Positions 46,315-54,141 of a DNA stretch of 64,000 bases are shown here, piece by piece. Origin of the DNA: a virus. The DNA lies in the IMG/VR virus record IMGVR_UViG_3300009082_000002, positions 1 through 64,000 of that record, one strand, 5' to 3'. The first letter of the stretch is position 1, and each line of letters opens with the position of its first letter. The notes beneath the pieces are model-generated. The model had not been told where the DNA came from and did not search any database. It saw only the letters and a program-made list of their open reading frames with translations. The translations under genes and the position numbers were made by a program.

Positions 46315-46682
46315 ATGCGTATGAGTGGGGGCGAACACGCAAGCCATACCCGAGCTGCGAGGTCGCGCTGGAGTGGCGGAGTAGGCTTGGGCCGATCAGG
46401 AGGTACCCCGTGAGCGAGTCGCATGCGTTGATGAGTGCAGAGTTGGTGGCTCTGCGTCAGGAGAACGACCGGCTCCGCGAGGAGAAAGACCAGGCTGTGC
46501 AGGCGCTCCGGCAGGAAGTGGAAGCACTGCGCCAGCGGTACTCGGTGCTCATGCAGCAGTATCAGGACGAGGTCGAGTTGCGTCTGGCCGCGGAGTGCGA
46601 CGCGAAGACCCTGGAAGAGAAGCTGGCTGTCCTGCGCGAATCGATCACGGTCCTTCCGCAAAGTGGCGGCAGGATGCCTTGA
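46311..46682 (+). CDS. Coiled-coil protein (paralog of 48220-48438)
   Basis: QQYQDEVELRLAAECDA; alternative GTG start at 46410 with AGGAGG. Confidence 0.6.
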   Translation: MNAYEWGRTRKPYPSCEVALEWRSRLGPIRRYPVSESHALMSAELVALRQENDRLREEKDQAVQALRQEVEALRQRYSVLMQQYQDEVELRLAAECDAKTLEEKLAVLRESITVLPQSGGRMP

Positions 46683-46732
46683 CGACACGTGGGCTATCAT
46701 CGACGACGAGCGCTGGCTCGGAGGAGGCTGCG

Positions 46733-46957
46733 ATGGGATGGATCGGTGATGCGAGCAGGATCGAAGACGCGCTTAAGGCGCGCGGTGCCGGGAAGGACGA
46801 GCAGGGCCGCTTCCTGATTCGCAGCGGGCGCGTCGTGACTTTCATGGGCGCTGGCGGGGAGGCCGTGGTGGACGACGCTTGCGAGTGCCTGATCAACGGT
46901 GAGTGGACGCCGCTCATCCCGCTGCTTCACGGCGGGCTGCGCGTGACGGTGATCTGA
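46733..46957 (+). CDS. Hypothetical protein
   Basis: GGAGGAGG RBS. Confidence 0.55.
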   Translation: MGWIGDASRIEDALKARGAGKDEQGRFLIRSGRVVTFMGAGGEAVVDDACECLINGEWTPLIPLLHGGLRVTVI

Positions 46958-47277
46958 TGTTGACCAGGACTGCGCGCTTGAGGGTTGTGCTGGAGATGCC
47001 GGAGGAGCACTGCTGGCACGATCCACCGTGCCTGGTTTCGGTTGAGTTCGTGGACCCGACCGCGTGCGAGCCCGGGAGGATGGCGGATACGAAGGCGTTC
47101 CGCGAGGAGTGGGGCGCTGTCGGCGAGGCTCTGTTCTGGGATGTCGAGGATCGCGAGTTTCACGGGTGCAGGATCGAGGTGGTCGGGACTCTCTGGTGGG
47201 AGAGCACGAGCAGCGCCGATTATGGGATCGACTACGACTGTGGCTTTGATGTCACGGAGAGGAGGATTGTGCCGTGA
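46957..47277 (+). CDS. Acidic hypothetical protein
   Basis: TGATG coupling. Confidence 0.55.
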   Translation: MLTRTARLRVVLEMPEEHCWHDPPCLVSVEFVDPTACEPGRMADTKAFREEWGAVGEALFWDVEDREFHGCRIEVVGTLWWESTSSADYGIDYDCGFDVTERRIVP

Positions 47278-47912
47278 ACACGGAGATCCCGTGCATGGCC
47301 GATGTGATGCCCGAGGGCGAGGTTGGTGCGGCACGGGTGTCGCACTTCGAGCTGAAGGGTGATGCGTTACTGCTCGCCAACGTGCGCGCGATCTGTAGCG
47401 GGTTCGGCATCGGCATGGTGAGTACCGGACGGTACGCGCGCTTGAGCATCGGCAGCGTGCTCTGGATGTCTGACACGCAGTTGGAGCGGCGTTCTTCGGA
47501 GGAGTTCTTGTGCGAGGCGCGGGGGGACGTGCTGATCAGTGGCCTCGGTCTGGGGATGGTCGTCGTCCCGCTGCTGTCCGATTCGAAGGTGCACTCGATC
47601 ACGGTGATCGAGCGCAGCGAGGATGTCGTGCAACTCATCGAGCCCAGGCTCAAGGCGATGCCAGGTGGTGAGAAGCTCACGGTCATCGTAGCCGATGTGT
47701 TCGAGTGGCAGCCGCCCAAGGGGCAGACGTGGGATGTGATCTATCACGATGTCTGGCTGGACATATGCACGGGCAACCTGAAAGAGATTGCGGTGCTGAA
47801 GCGAAAGTTCGCTCGACGGAAGCGCCCTGGCGGCTGGCACGGGGCGTGGTTGCACGGCTGGTTGACCAGGAGGCGGCGTCAGGAGCAGAGACGGTCGGGG
47901 AGGATCTGGTGA
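47274..47912 (+). CDS. SAM-dependent methyltransferase (spermidine synthase-like Rossmann fold)
   Basis: GDVLISGLGLGM; ITVIERSEDV; ADVFEW; WDVIYHDVW. Confidence 0.8.
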   Translation: MNTEIPCMADVMPEGEVGAARVSHFELKGDALLLANVRAICSGFGIGMVSTGRYARLSIGSVLWMSDTQLERRSSEEFLCEARGDVLISGLGLGMVVVPLLSDSKVHSITVIERSEDVVQLIEPRLKAMPGGEKLTVIVADVFEWQPPKGQTWDVIYHDVWLDICTGNLKEIAVLKRKFARRKRPGGWHGAWLHGWLTRRRRQEQRRSGRIW

Positions 47913-47951
47913 ACACATCGAAGAGATCCAAGAAGTACCGCAAGCGAGACG

Positions 47952-48215
47952 GTGCGGCGCACGAAGGGCCGCGCAGCCTTCCTCACGGAGCACGGCGTGG
48001 TCTGCATCCACGACGCCGTGAAGCTCGGGCCGTGGCGCGTCGTTGCGTACAGCGAGATCAAGGCTGGCGACGTGATCCGGCTGGCACCGCACGAATCAGG
48101 GATCTGTTCGTGCTGCGGCGAGATTAACCCTGACGCTCACGAGCCAGTCCTGGTGCGGCTCGTGAGGTCCGACGGTTCGCGCGAAGGCGTCTTCGTCCGC
48201 GACTTGAGAAGGTGA
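47952..48215 (+). CDS. Hypothetical protein
   Basis: CSCCG; start uncertain. Confidence 0.45.
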   Translation: MRRTKGRAAFLTEHGVVCIHDAVKLGPWRVVAYSEIKAGDVIRLAPHESGICSCCGEINPDAHEPVLVRLVRSDGSREGVFVRDLRR

Positions 48216-48219
48216 AGCG

Positions 48220-48438
48220 ATGGCGACGTCTGATGCAATCCCGATCCAGGAGATCGCGGATCTGCGGCGAGAGAACCGACTGCTCCGCGAGCGGTGCGAG
48301 GTGCTGGCCGACCAGTATCAGCAGGAGGCCGAGCTGCGTTATGCTGCCGAGTGCGACGCAGCCTGGCTGAAGAAGAAGCTGGACGAGGCGCAGGCGAAAC
48401 AGGTCGCCTGGGAACGCGACGAGGTGAACTGGCCATGA
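48220..48438 (+). CDS. Coiled-coil protein (paralog of 46311-46682)
   Basis: DQYQQEAELRYAAECDA. Confidence 0.6.
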   Translation: MATSDAIPIQEIADLRRENRLLRERCEVLADQYQQEAELRYAAECDAAWLKKKLDEAQAKQVAWERDEVNWP

Positions 48439-48689
48439 AGCAGAGTCGGCGGCGTGGGCGGCAGGAGCGGCGGCGCGGCCCGGACGGGGACATGTGCGCG
48501 CTCCGAATGATGCGGAAGGATCTTGGTGTGCGCCAGAAGGAACTCGCCTTCGCAGTCGGCTGTTGCCGGCAGTATCTAGCAGGCTGCGAGATCGGCACCA
48601 GAGTTCCGAGCCCAGAGCTGCGAGAGCGAATTCGTGCTGCACTGACGCGGTACGATCTCGGCGGAAGCCTGGAGGCGAGGAAGCCGTGA
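48435..48689 (+). CDS. XRE-family HTH protein
   Basis: LRMMRKDLGVRQKELAFAVGCCRQYLAGCEIGTRVPS. Confidence 0.8.
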   Translation: MKQSRRRGRQERRRGPDGDMCALRMMRKDLGVRQKELAFAVGCCRQYLAGCEIGTRVPSPELRERIRAALTRYDLGGSLEARKP

Positions 48690-48880
48690 AGACCTTGCGC
48701 GAGTTCGAGGTCGGTAGCAGCTTCGAGATCAAGGACAAGACGGACCTCATGATCCGGCTTGTCTGCTTGAAGTGCGGGCACGACTTCGTTGTGGACCTCA
48801 CCTGGCTCGACAACGCGGCCTGGAGCTCGCGTCTTGCTTGCTACATGCCGCGCTGCCCGAACTGCGGATCGACCGGATGA
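48686..48880 (+). CDS. Zinc-ribbon protein
   Basis: CLKCGHDF...CPNCGS. Confidence 0.6.
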   Translation: MKTLREFEVGSSFEIKDKTDLMIRLVCLKCGHDFVVDLTWLDNAAWSSRLACYMPRCPNCGSTG

Positions 48881-49206
48881 CGGACGAGCTACCGATCCGG
48901 CCCTGCGTCGGCTGCGGGTATTGCTGTCGCAAGGCGCGCTGCGCTGTGTCCTTCATCGCGGAGGGCTGGCCAGTTGGCGTGGACCCGTTTGATGTCGTCG
49001 GCGAGTCGCGGGCTTGTCCGTTCCTGTTGCGGCACGGCGGACTCTATCGCTGCAGCATTGCCGGGCAGTATGCGGCGGCGTTGGCTATCGGAGCCGGCTG
49101 TTGTGCGCCTTTTAACAGCGACCGGCTGGCGATGGTCCGTCGCCTTCGCGAGCAGCGAATCATCGAGCAGACCGCGCAGAGCCGCGGCGAGGAGGACAGC
49201 CGATGA
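48877..49206 (+). CDS. Cysteine-cluster protein (YkgJ-like CxxCxxCC)
   Basis: CVGCGYCC...CPFL...YRC. Confidence 0.65.
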   Translation: MTDELPIRPCVGCGYCCRKARCAVSFIAEGWPVGVDPFDVVGESRACPFLLRHGGLYRCSIAGQYAAALAIGAGCCAPFNSDRLAMVRRLREQRIIEQTAQSRGEEDSR

Positions 49207-49613
49207 GCGACGAGAAGAAACGGCCGGAGCCGCGCGAGTGGGAAGTGGTGCTCGACGACGTGGGTGACAAGCTCAATGAGGATCTGGCGTCTGGTGCTCT
49301 TGGCCGGCGCGTGGTGGGATACATCCGCGAGGTGGTCCTGCAGTTCTTCGAGACCGAGTTCAAGGCAATGGCCGAGCGTATGGACGCCGACGAGGACAGG
49401 ATCTCCGAACTGGAGGAGGAGAAAGAAACCCAGCTCACGGTCGAGTGCGAGGACGTCGAACGCGCGCTCGTCATCGGTGGCTTGCTCTCGCATCGCTTCG
49501 AGGCTCACGATGCGGCGCGCTTCCTGTCGGAAGTCGCCGACCTGCTGCGCGGGGCGAGTCGCGAGCTGGCAGAAAAGCTCGACGAGGTGGCGCGCGTGAT
49601 CGGGAGGTGCTAG
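49203..49613 (+). CDS. Hypothetical protein
   Basis: GGAGG RBS; coupled. Confidence 0.6.
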   Translation: MSDEKKRPEPREWEVVLDDVGDKLNEDLASGALGRRVVGYIREVVLQFFETEFKAMAERMDADEDRISELEEEKETQLTVECEDVERALVIGGLLSHRFEAHDAARFLSEVADLLRGASRELAEKLDEVARVIGRC

Positions 49614-49952
49614 GTGGCGAAGCCAGGGAAGAAGCGGAGCCCAGCGCCGGCTGCGGAGCCAGCGCGGATCACGGCAGTCACAGTCGCGATGCAACGGGTC
49701 TATAGCATCGGTCGCTTCAAGACGCTGCGCTACGATGTCCAGGCCCAGGGCGAGGTCCAGTCTGGTCACGACGCGTCCGACGCGGTCGATCAACTCACGG
49801 CATTCCTTGACGCGAAGGTCGCGCAGTTTGCAGCGGACCGAGACCTTGACCACTTGGTCCCGAACCGCGACTCGGCCGCAGCGCTCGGCAGCGAGTTTGA
49901 GGAAAAGGAAGAAGACGAGAACGATCCCGATTATGACGACGAGGGCGAGTAG
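49614..49952 (+). CDS. Hypothetical protein with acidic tail
   Basis: GGAGG RBS, GTG start. Confidence 0.6.
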   Translation: MAKPGKKRSPAPAAEPARITAVTVAMQRVYSIGRFKTLRYDVQAQGEVQSGHDASDAVDQLTAFLDAKVAQFAADRDLDHLVPNRDSAAALGSEFEEKEEDENDPDYDDEGE

Positions 49953-49954
49953 CG

Positions 49955-50003
49955 GGGCGCCTGGCGCGGCAAGTTCCCCTCCGACTTGCCGCGCCAGGCG
50001 CCC
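49955..50003. other. Perfect 20-bp intergenic inverted repeat with C-rich loop
   Basis: GGGCGCCTGGCGCGGCAAGT, loop TCCCCTCCG, ACTTGCCGCGCCAGGCGCCC. Confidence 0.85.
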
Positions 50004-50027
50004 GGGGCTCAACGAAAGGAGCACACG

Positions 50028-50333
50028 GTGAAGAAGGAACGAACCGGAAAGGGTCAAGCGCCGAGGCGGCACAGGCGAGACCTCTCCACGCTCGGCGAGT
50101 TCGTCGTGGCGCGGCTGAAGCGGCTCGACGTCGAGAAGCAAGCCGTTGCAGCGCGGCACGGGATCTCTCCGCAGAACTTGAGCGCCATGCTGCGCTCTCA
50201 CGATCCGCGTCTTTCAACGATTCGCAAGCTGGCTGCGATTCTCGGCACGACTGCCGCCAAGTTGCTCGGCGACGTGGACCGTATCGCGCATCGGCGCGGA
50301 GCCATCAAAAGGATGCGGCCGTCTTCCACTTGA
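50028..50333 (+). CDS. XRE-family HTH protein
   Basis: KQAVAARHGISPQNLSAMLRSHDPRLSTIRKLAAILG. Confidence 0.78.
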   Translation: MKKERTGKGQAPRRHRRDLSTLGEFVVARLKRLDVEKQAVAARHGISPQNLSAMLRSHDPRLSTIRKLAAILGTTAAKLLGDVDRIAHRRGAIKRMRPSST

Positions 50334-50399
50334 CCATCCGTCTCTTCGTCTGGTAGGCTATGTCCGTCTTGCAAGGCATTTTTGCCAGGAGGAAGGACA

Positions 50400-50990
50400 A
50401 TGGCAATCGTAGCTCTCACAGCGGACCAGAAGCTCGCGGAAGCGGACCTCGAAGGAAGCGGGGCATCGACAAGCCACGCGCCGGAACTGAAGGAGAAGTT
50501 CAACGACGTGGTGGACAAGGTGAACGAGCTGGTGGCCATCGGCTCCGACGACATCGCCAACGACTCGGGCGTGACCGGCACCACGATCAGCGACGCCATC
50601 GACCAGCTCGACACCGATCTCGGCGACCGCATCGAAGGTTCCGTGGCCGCCGTCGATCTCAAGGATGCCGGAGCCACCGACTACACCATCGCGCTCGGCG
50701 GCACCACGGGCAAGCGCTTCGTCCCCACGAAGGTCGCGGTCCGCTGCAAGACTGCCACGGCTCTCACCGGCGACGCCAAGATCAAGATCGGTACCGCGCT
50801 CGGCGGCGAGCAGGTCGCGGCCGAGATCACGCTCACCGGGCTCAACGTGGTGGACGAGGTGTACGTCGCGACGCCGGCCGATGGCGTCCGCGCCGTGGCC
50901 GCCGACGCCACGATCCACGTCCAGGTCAGCAGCCCGGACAGCGGCACCAGCGGCACCGCCGACGTGTCGATCATCGGCTTCGAGGTCTAG
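50400..50990 (+). CDS. Putative virion structural protein (beta-rich, decoration/fibre-like)
   Basis: AGGAGG RBS; strong codon bias; Thr/Gly/Ala/Val-rich beta-sandwich-like C-terminus. Possible promoter TTGACC-18-TAGGCT at 50330-50359. Confidence 0.55.
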   Translation: MAIVALTADQKLAEADLEGSGASTSHAPELKEKFNDVVDKVNELVAIGSDDIANDSGVTGTTISDAIDQLDTDLGDRIEGSVAAVDLKDAGATDYTIALGGTTGKRFVPTKVAVRCKTATALTGDAKIKIGTALGGEQVAAEITLTGLNVVDEVYVATPADGVRAVAADATIHVQVSSPDSGTSGTADVSIIGFEV

Positions 50991-50993
50991 CCG

Positions 50994-51581
50994 TCAGCGG
51001 TGGCGGTAAATCGACGCGAGCCTGACCGCGTGGTTCGTCGAGCCGACGACGGCGATGAGTCCGCACTGTAGAAGCTCGCTTTTCCTGTACTGTGGATTGA
51101 TGGTATCGAGCCACACGGCGAAACCGCCGGGCTCCAGCACGCGTGCCACCTCGCGCAGCACAGCGAGTCGGTGCGGTACCTTCGGCACCCCGTAGATCCT
51201 CGCATCCTTGTCGGTGTACGGCGTGTCGGCCAGGACCAGATCGAAGCTCGCTGGTCGGAACGGCAGCGCACGCGCGTCGCCGCGGACGTCGGCCTTGGCC
51301 TCTGGGTTGGGCTGCAAGTCGAGCCGCACGGTCGCGGGCTCGGCTCGGAGCGAGCCGCTGAACAGGTGCAGGGTCCGGCACCGGTCCGGGAACATCGAGC
51401 GCACGCGGGCCAGGTATCTACGCGGGTAGGAGCCATGGTACCCGCTCCCGCGGTAGCAGGCCCCGGTCACCCACACGGCCTGAAGCCAGCGCCCGGTTGC
51501 CACCACTGGCCAGGAGTCGGGCCACTGCGGGAAGGCCCGGGCGTATTGCTGCGCGCGCCATCGGAGCGGCCTGCGGTCCAC
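50994..51581 (-). CDS. Putative DNA methyltransferase
   Basis: LHLFSGS (motif I-like); GDARALPF; FDLVLADTPY (motif IV variant); GGAGG RBS on the minus strand. Confidence 0.75.
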   Translation of the reverse strand: MDRRPLRWRAQQYARAFPQWPDSWPVVATGRWLQAVWVTGACYRGSGYHGSYPRRYLARVRSMFPDRCRTLHLFSGSLRAEPATVRLDLQPNPEAKADVRGDARALPFRPASFDLVLADTPYTDKDARIYGVPKVPHRLAVLREVARVLEPGGFAVWLDTINPQYRKSELLQCGLIAVVGSTNHAVRLASIYRHR

Positions 51582-51764
51582 GCTTCACCTCCGGGTTGAT
51601 GGTTAGAAAGAGCAAGAGTTTCCGGAGCTTCCGTGCTAAATTGGGCCTAACTAGCTGGTATTATTAGGGGTTTTTCCAGGGGACACGCCGCCACCAGCGC
51701 CGCAAGAAAAAAACGATTTTTTTTAGCCTCCCTTCTATGCGGTATTCTTACTGATTCTGATTCG

Positions 51765-51849
51765 CTAAAAAAAAACCTTTACAAGCTCCGCGCCCCGTGT
51801 ATAATGGGAACCATGGAAAGAAAGAACCGCAAGCGGGAGAAGAAAATGG
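51765..51849 (+). promoter_or_regulatory. 85-bp early promoter/leader cassette, copy 1
   Basis: A-tract, TTTACA (51778), TATAAT (51800-51805), leader and RBS up to the ATG at 51846; 77/85 identical to copy 2. Confidence 0.9.
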
Positions 51850-52037
51850 AAACGAAGAACTGGGAAAGCGCGCACATCGAGATCAACCTGGCTCGTCGCG
51901 CAGAGCGCTTCGGTGAGTACGGGGCTGCCGTGGGCCACTGGTGCAGGGCCGCTCGCATTCACGAAAAGCGCGGCAGCATGCACGCTGCGGCCGAGTGCCG
52001 TCGCCAGGCGGACATCCAGCAGGCGCTCGCGGAATAG
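51846..52037 (+). CDS. Small hypothetical early protein
   Basis: Downstream of the cassette RBS; alternative in-frame ATG at 51813. Confidence 0.6.
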   Translation: METKNWESAHIEINLARRAERFGEYGAAVGHWCRAARIHEKRGSMHAAAECRRQADIQQALAE

Positions 52038-52047
52038 GGAGAAAAAA

Positions 52048-52287
52048 ATGGCAAAGCGCACCAACCTGATCTGGAAGGGCCGTGGCAGCAAGCTCACCAG
52101 CGTGGCCGCCCTGGTTACCTTCCGCGGCACGCGGTACGAGGTCAAGAAAATCCTGCGCTCCAACGGGCGCGAGGAGATTATCTATTCGGAGCTGACTCCG
52201 GCCGGGATCTGCCAGCTGAAGCTGGCCAGCGTTCCGGCTGCTCTTTACTGGAAGCGGGATCTCGTCGCCCGCTGCTCACTCGGTTAG
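52048..52287 (+). CDS. Small hypothetical early protein
   Basis: GGGAGAAAAAAATGGCAAAG start resembles the cassette leader. Confidence 0.6.
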   Translation: MAKRTNLIWKGRGSKLTSVAALVTFRGTRYEVKKILRSNGREEIIYSELTPAGICQLKLASVPAALYWKRDLVARCSLG

Positions 52288-52298
52288 TGGAGGACACG

Positions 52299-52583
52299 AT
52301 GAAGACCAAGAAGACCGGCCCCAGCAAGCGCGACGTCGCCTTCGCGCTCACGTCAACCCAGGCCCAGATCGTCCAGACCGCTGGCCGGCTGGCGCGCGCC
52401 TTCGACCCAGCGCAGCAGGCCGAGCTGGTCGAGGAGCTGGAGTGCCTGAAGCGCGCGGAGCGTGGCTTCCGCGCTGTGCTGCGCAGCTTCCAGCCCGAGC
52501 AGGAGCCCGCGCCGCGCTTCTCCAGCCGGCCCCAGCTGCCCCAGGCGCTCACGGTCATCCGCCGGCCGCTCGCGGCCTGCTAA
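52299..52583 (+). CDS. Small hypothetical early protein
   Basis: GGAGG RBS. Confidence 0.6.
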   Translation: MKTKKTGPSKRDVAFALTSTQAQIVQTAGRLARAFDPAQQAELVEELECLKRAERGFRAVLRSFQPEQEPAPRFSSRPQLPQALTVIRRPLAAC

Positions 52584-52595
52584 CAGGAGGAAAAG

Positions 52596-52835
52596 ATGAA
52601 GACCAGCAGTGCACAGCTCGCAGCCCTGCGCAAGATCCGTTCCTGCGGCGGGTGGATAGTCATCGGCCTCGGGATCTCAAGGACCATGGCCCGCGCGTTG
52701 GAACGGCGCGGGCTGGCTGTCGTCACCGGCCAGCCGATGACCCAAGCGGATCTGGAGTGGCGGGCCATCACGGAGCAGATCGGGCGCGTGGCACTGACCA
52801 AGGCGGGTGCGAAGCTCGCAGAGCAGGAGGGCTAA
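52596..52835 (+). CDS. Small wHTH-like protein
   Basis: AGGAGG RBS; SSAQLAAL...ALERRGL...LTKAG. Confidence 0.6.
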   Translation: MKTSSAQLAALRKIRSCGGWIVIGLGISRTMARALERRGLAVVTGQPMTQADLEWRAITEQIGRVALTKAGAKLAEQEG

Positions 52836-52838
52836 CCG

Positions 52839-53069
52839 ATGAAGGACAACCAGACACCGAAGGCAATCCAGAACGCACGTGATGCCCGCGCCGAGTACGA
52901 TGCCACCGAGAAGCGCTGCCGCGCAGTGCTCGACGCGATCCGCCTGCGGCTCGACGCCGAGACCGTGGGCGCGAAGAACTGGGCCGAGGTCGGCAGCCTG
53001 GGCCACGTTGAGGAACTGCTCGGCGAGGTCGCGGCCTTCCTGGACTGCCCGGGCTACCGTGACCGCTAG
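52839..53069 (+). CDS. Small hypothetical early protein
   Basis: AGGAGG RBS; NWAEVGSLGHV motif. Confidence 0.6.
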   Translation: MKDNQTPKAIQNARDARAEYDATEKRCRAVLDAIRLRLDAETVGAKNWAEVGSLGHVEELLGEVAAFLDCPGYRDR

Positions 53070-53162
53070 CTTCCCGCCCCCGCGCCTGATCGCTGGCCCA
53101 GCCGCGCAAAAGCCGAAAATCCCGCTGGTCAACTGCGCGGAATCCTTGCCGAAACAAAAAAA

Positions 53163-53247
53163 CTAAAAAAAATCCTTTACAAGCAATCAGCACCGTGTAT
53201 AATGGGAACCATGGAAAGCAAGAACCGCAAGCGGGAGAAGAAAATGG
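53163..53247 (+). promoter_or_regulatory. 85-bp early promoter/leader cassette, copy 2
   Basis: A-tract, TTTACA (53176), TATAAT (53198-53203), leader and RBS up to the ATG at 53244. Confidence 0.9.
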
Positions 53248-53639
53248 CAAAGGCAACGGCCAACGGCAGCCACGGTGCGAAGTGGATAAGACGCGAGAAG
53301 CGGCTCGCGATTTACATCCGCGACGGGCTCTGCTGCTGTTACTGCGGGGCGAGCGTCGAAGACGGCACGGCGCTCACGCTGGACCACATCAAGCCGCGTG
53401 GCAAGGGCGGAAGCCACGACCAGACCAATCTGGTGACTTCCTGCCTGCGCTGCAACTCCGCGCGGGGCGACCGGCCGCTGGCCACCTTCGCCCGCGCGGT
53501 CGCAGAGTACTGCAACGATCGGACCGCGGACCAGATCGTGAAGACGGTAAACCGCCTCCGCCGCCGGGTGCTCGACGTGCCCGCTGCGAAGGCGCTCATC
53601 AGCAAGCGCGGCTCCTACGCTGCCGCGCTCAACAAGTAG
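53244..53639 (+). CDS. HNH endonuclease
   Basis: IYIRDGLCCCYCG...LTLDHIKPRGKGG...NLVTSCLRCN. Confidence 0.9.
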   Translation: MAKATANGSHGAKWIRREKRLAIYIRDGLCCCYCGASVEDGTALTLDHIKPRGKGGSHDQTNLVTSCLRCNSARGDRPLATFARAVAEYCNDRTADQIVKTVNRLRRRVLDVPAAKALISKRGSYAAALNK

Positions 53640-53652
53640 GGAGGATGCAAGG

Positions 53653-54123
53653 ATGAAGACCAAGGATCTGGAGCCCGGGATGGTGGTCGCCGTGGGGTCA
53701 GTGCAGGACTTCGAGAACGGATGGTGCCAGCGCGCGATGGTCGTCGAGGTCGGCAACTGGGAGGCGGACGGCCGTTTCCACAGGATCATCCGCCGGCCGG
53801 GCGCGACCGGCATCGCGCTGGCCATCGCGTACCAGCGGGACGGCAAGCCCACCGAGTGGAACAGAGTCGTCAAGCTCGCGAACCAGATCCGTTGCACCTG
53901 GGAAGCGTACCTGGAGCACGGAGAGCTGGTGGAGGCGCGCAAGGCGCAGGCGCTCAAAGCCAAGGCGCAGGGCGAGGCCAGGCGGGATGAACTGGTCAAG
54001 AAGCTCTCGGAGCTGCTGGGTGTGCCCTGCCGGGTCGCCTTCGAGCGCATCGGCGGAAACTACGTGCCAGGCCACATTGCCATCAACTTCAGCGACGCCG
54101 AGTCGCTGGTCGACACGCTCTAG
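53653..54123 (+). CDS. Hypothetical protein
   Basis: GGAGG RBS. Confidence 0.65.
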   Translation: MKTKDLEPGMVVAVGSVQDFENGWCQRAMVVEVGNWEADGRFHRIIRRPGATGIALAIAYQRDGKPTEWNRVVKLANQIRCTWEAYLEHGELVEARKAQALKAKAQGEARRDELVKKLSELLGVPCRVAFERIGGNYVPGHIAINFSDAESLVDTL

Positions 54124-54141
54124 GGCGTGGTGGAGGACGTC

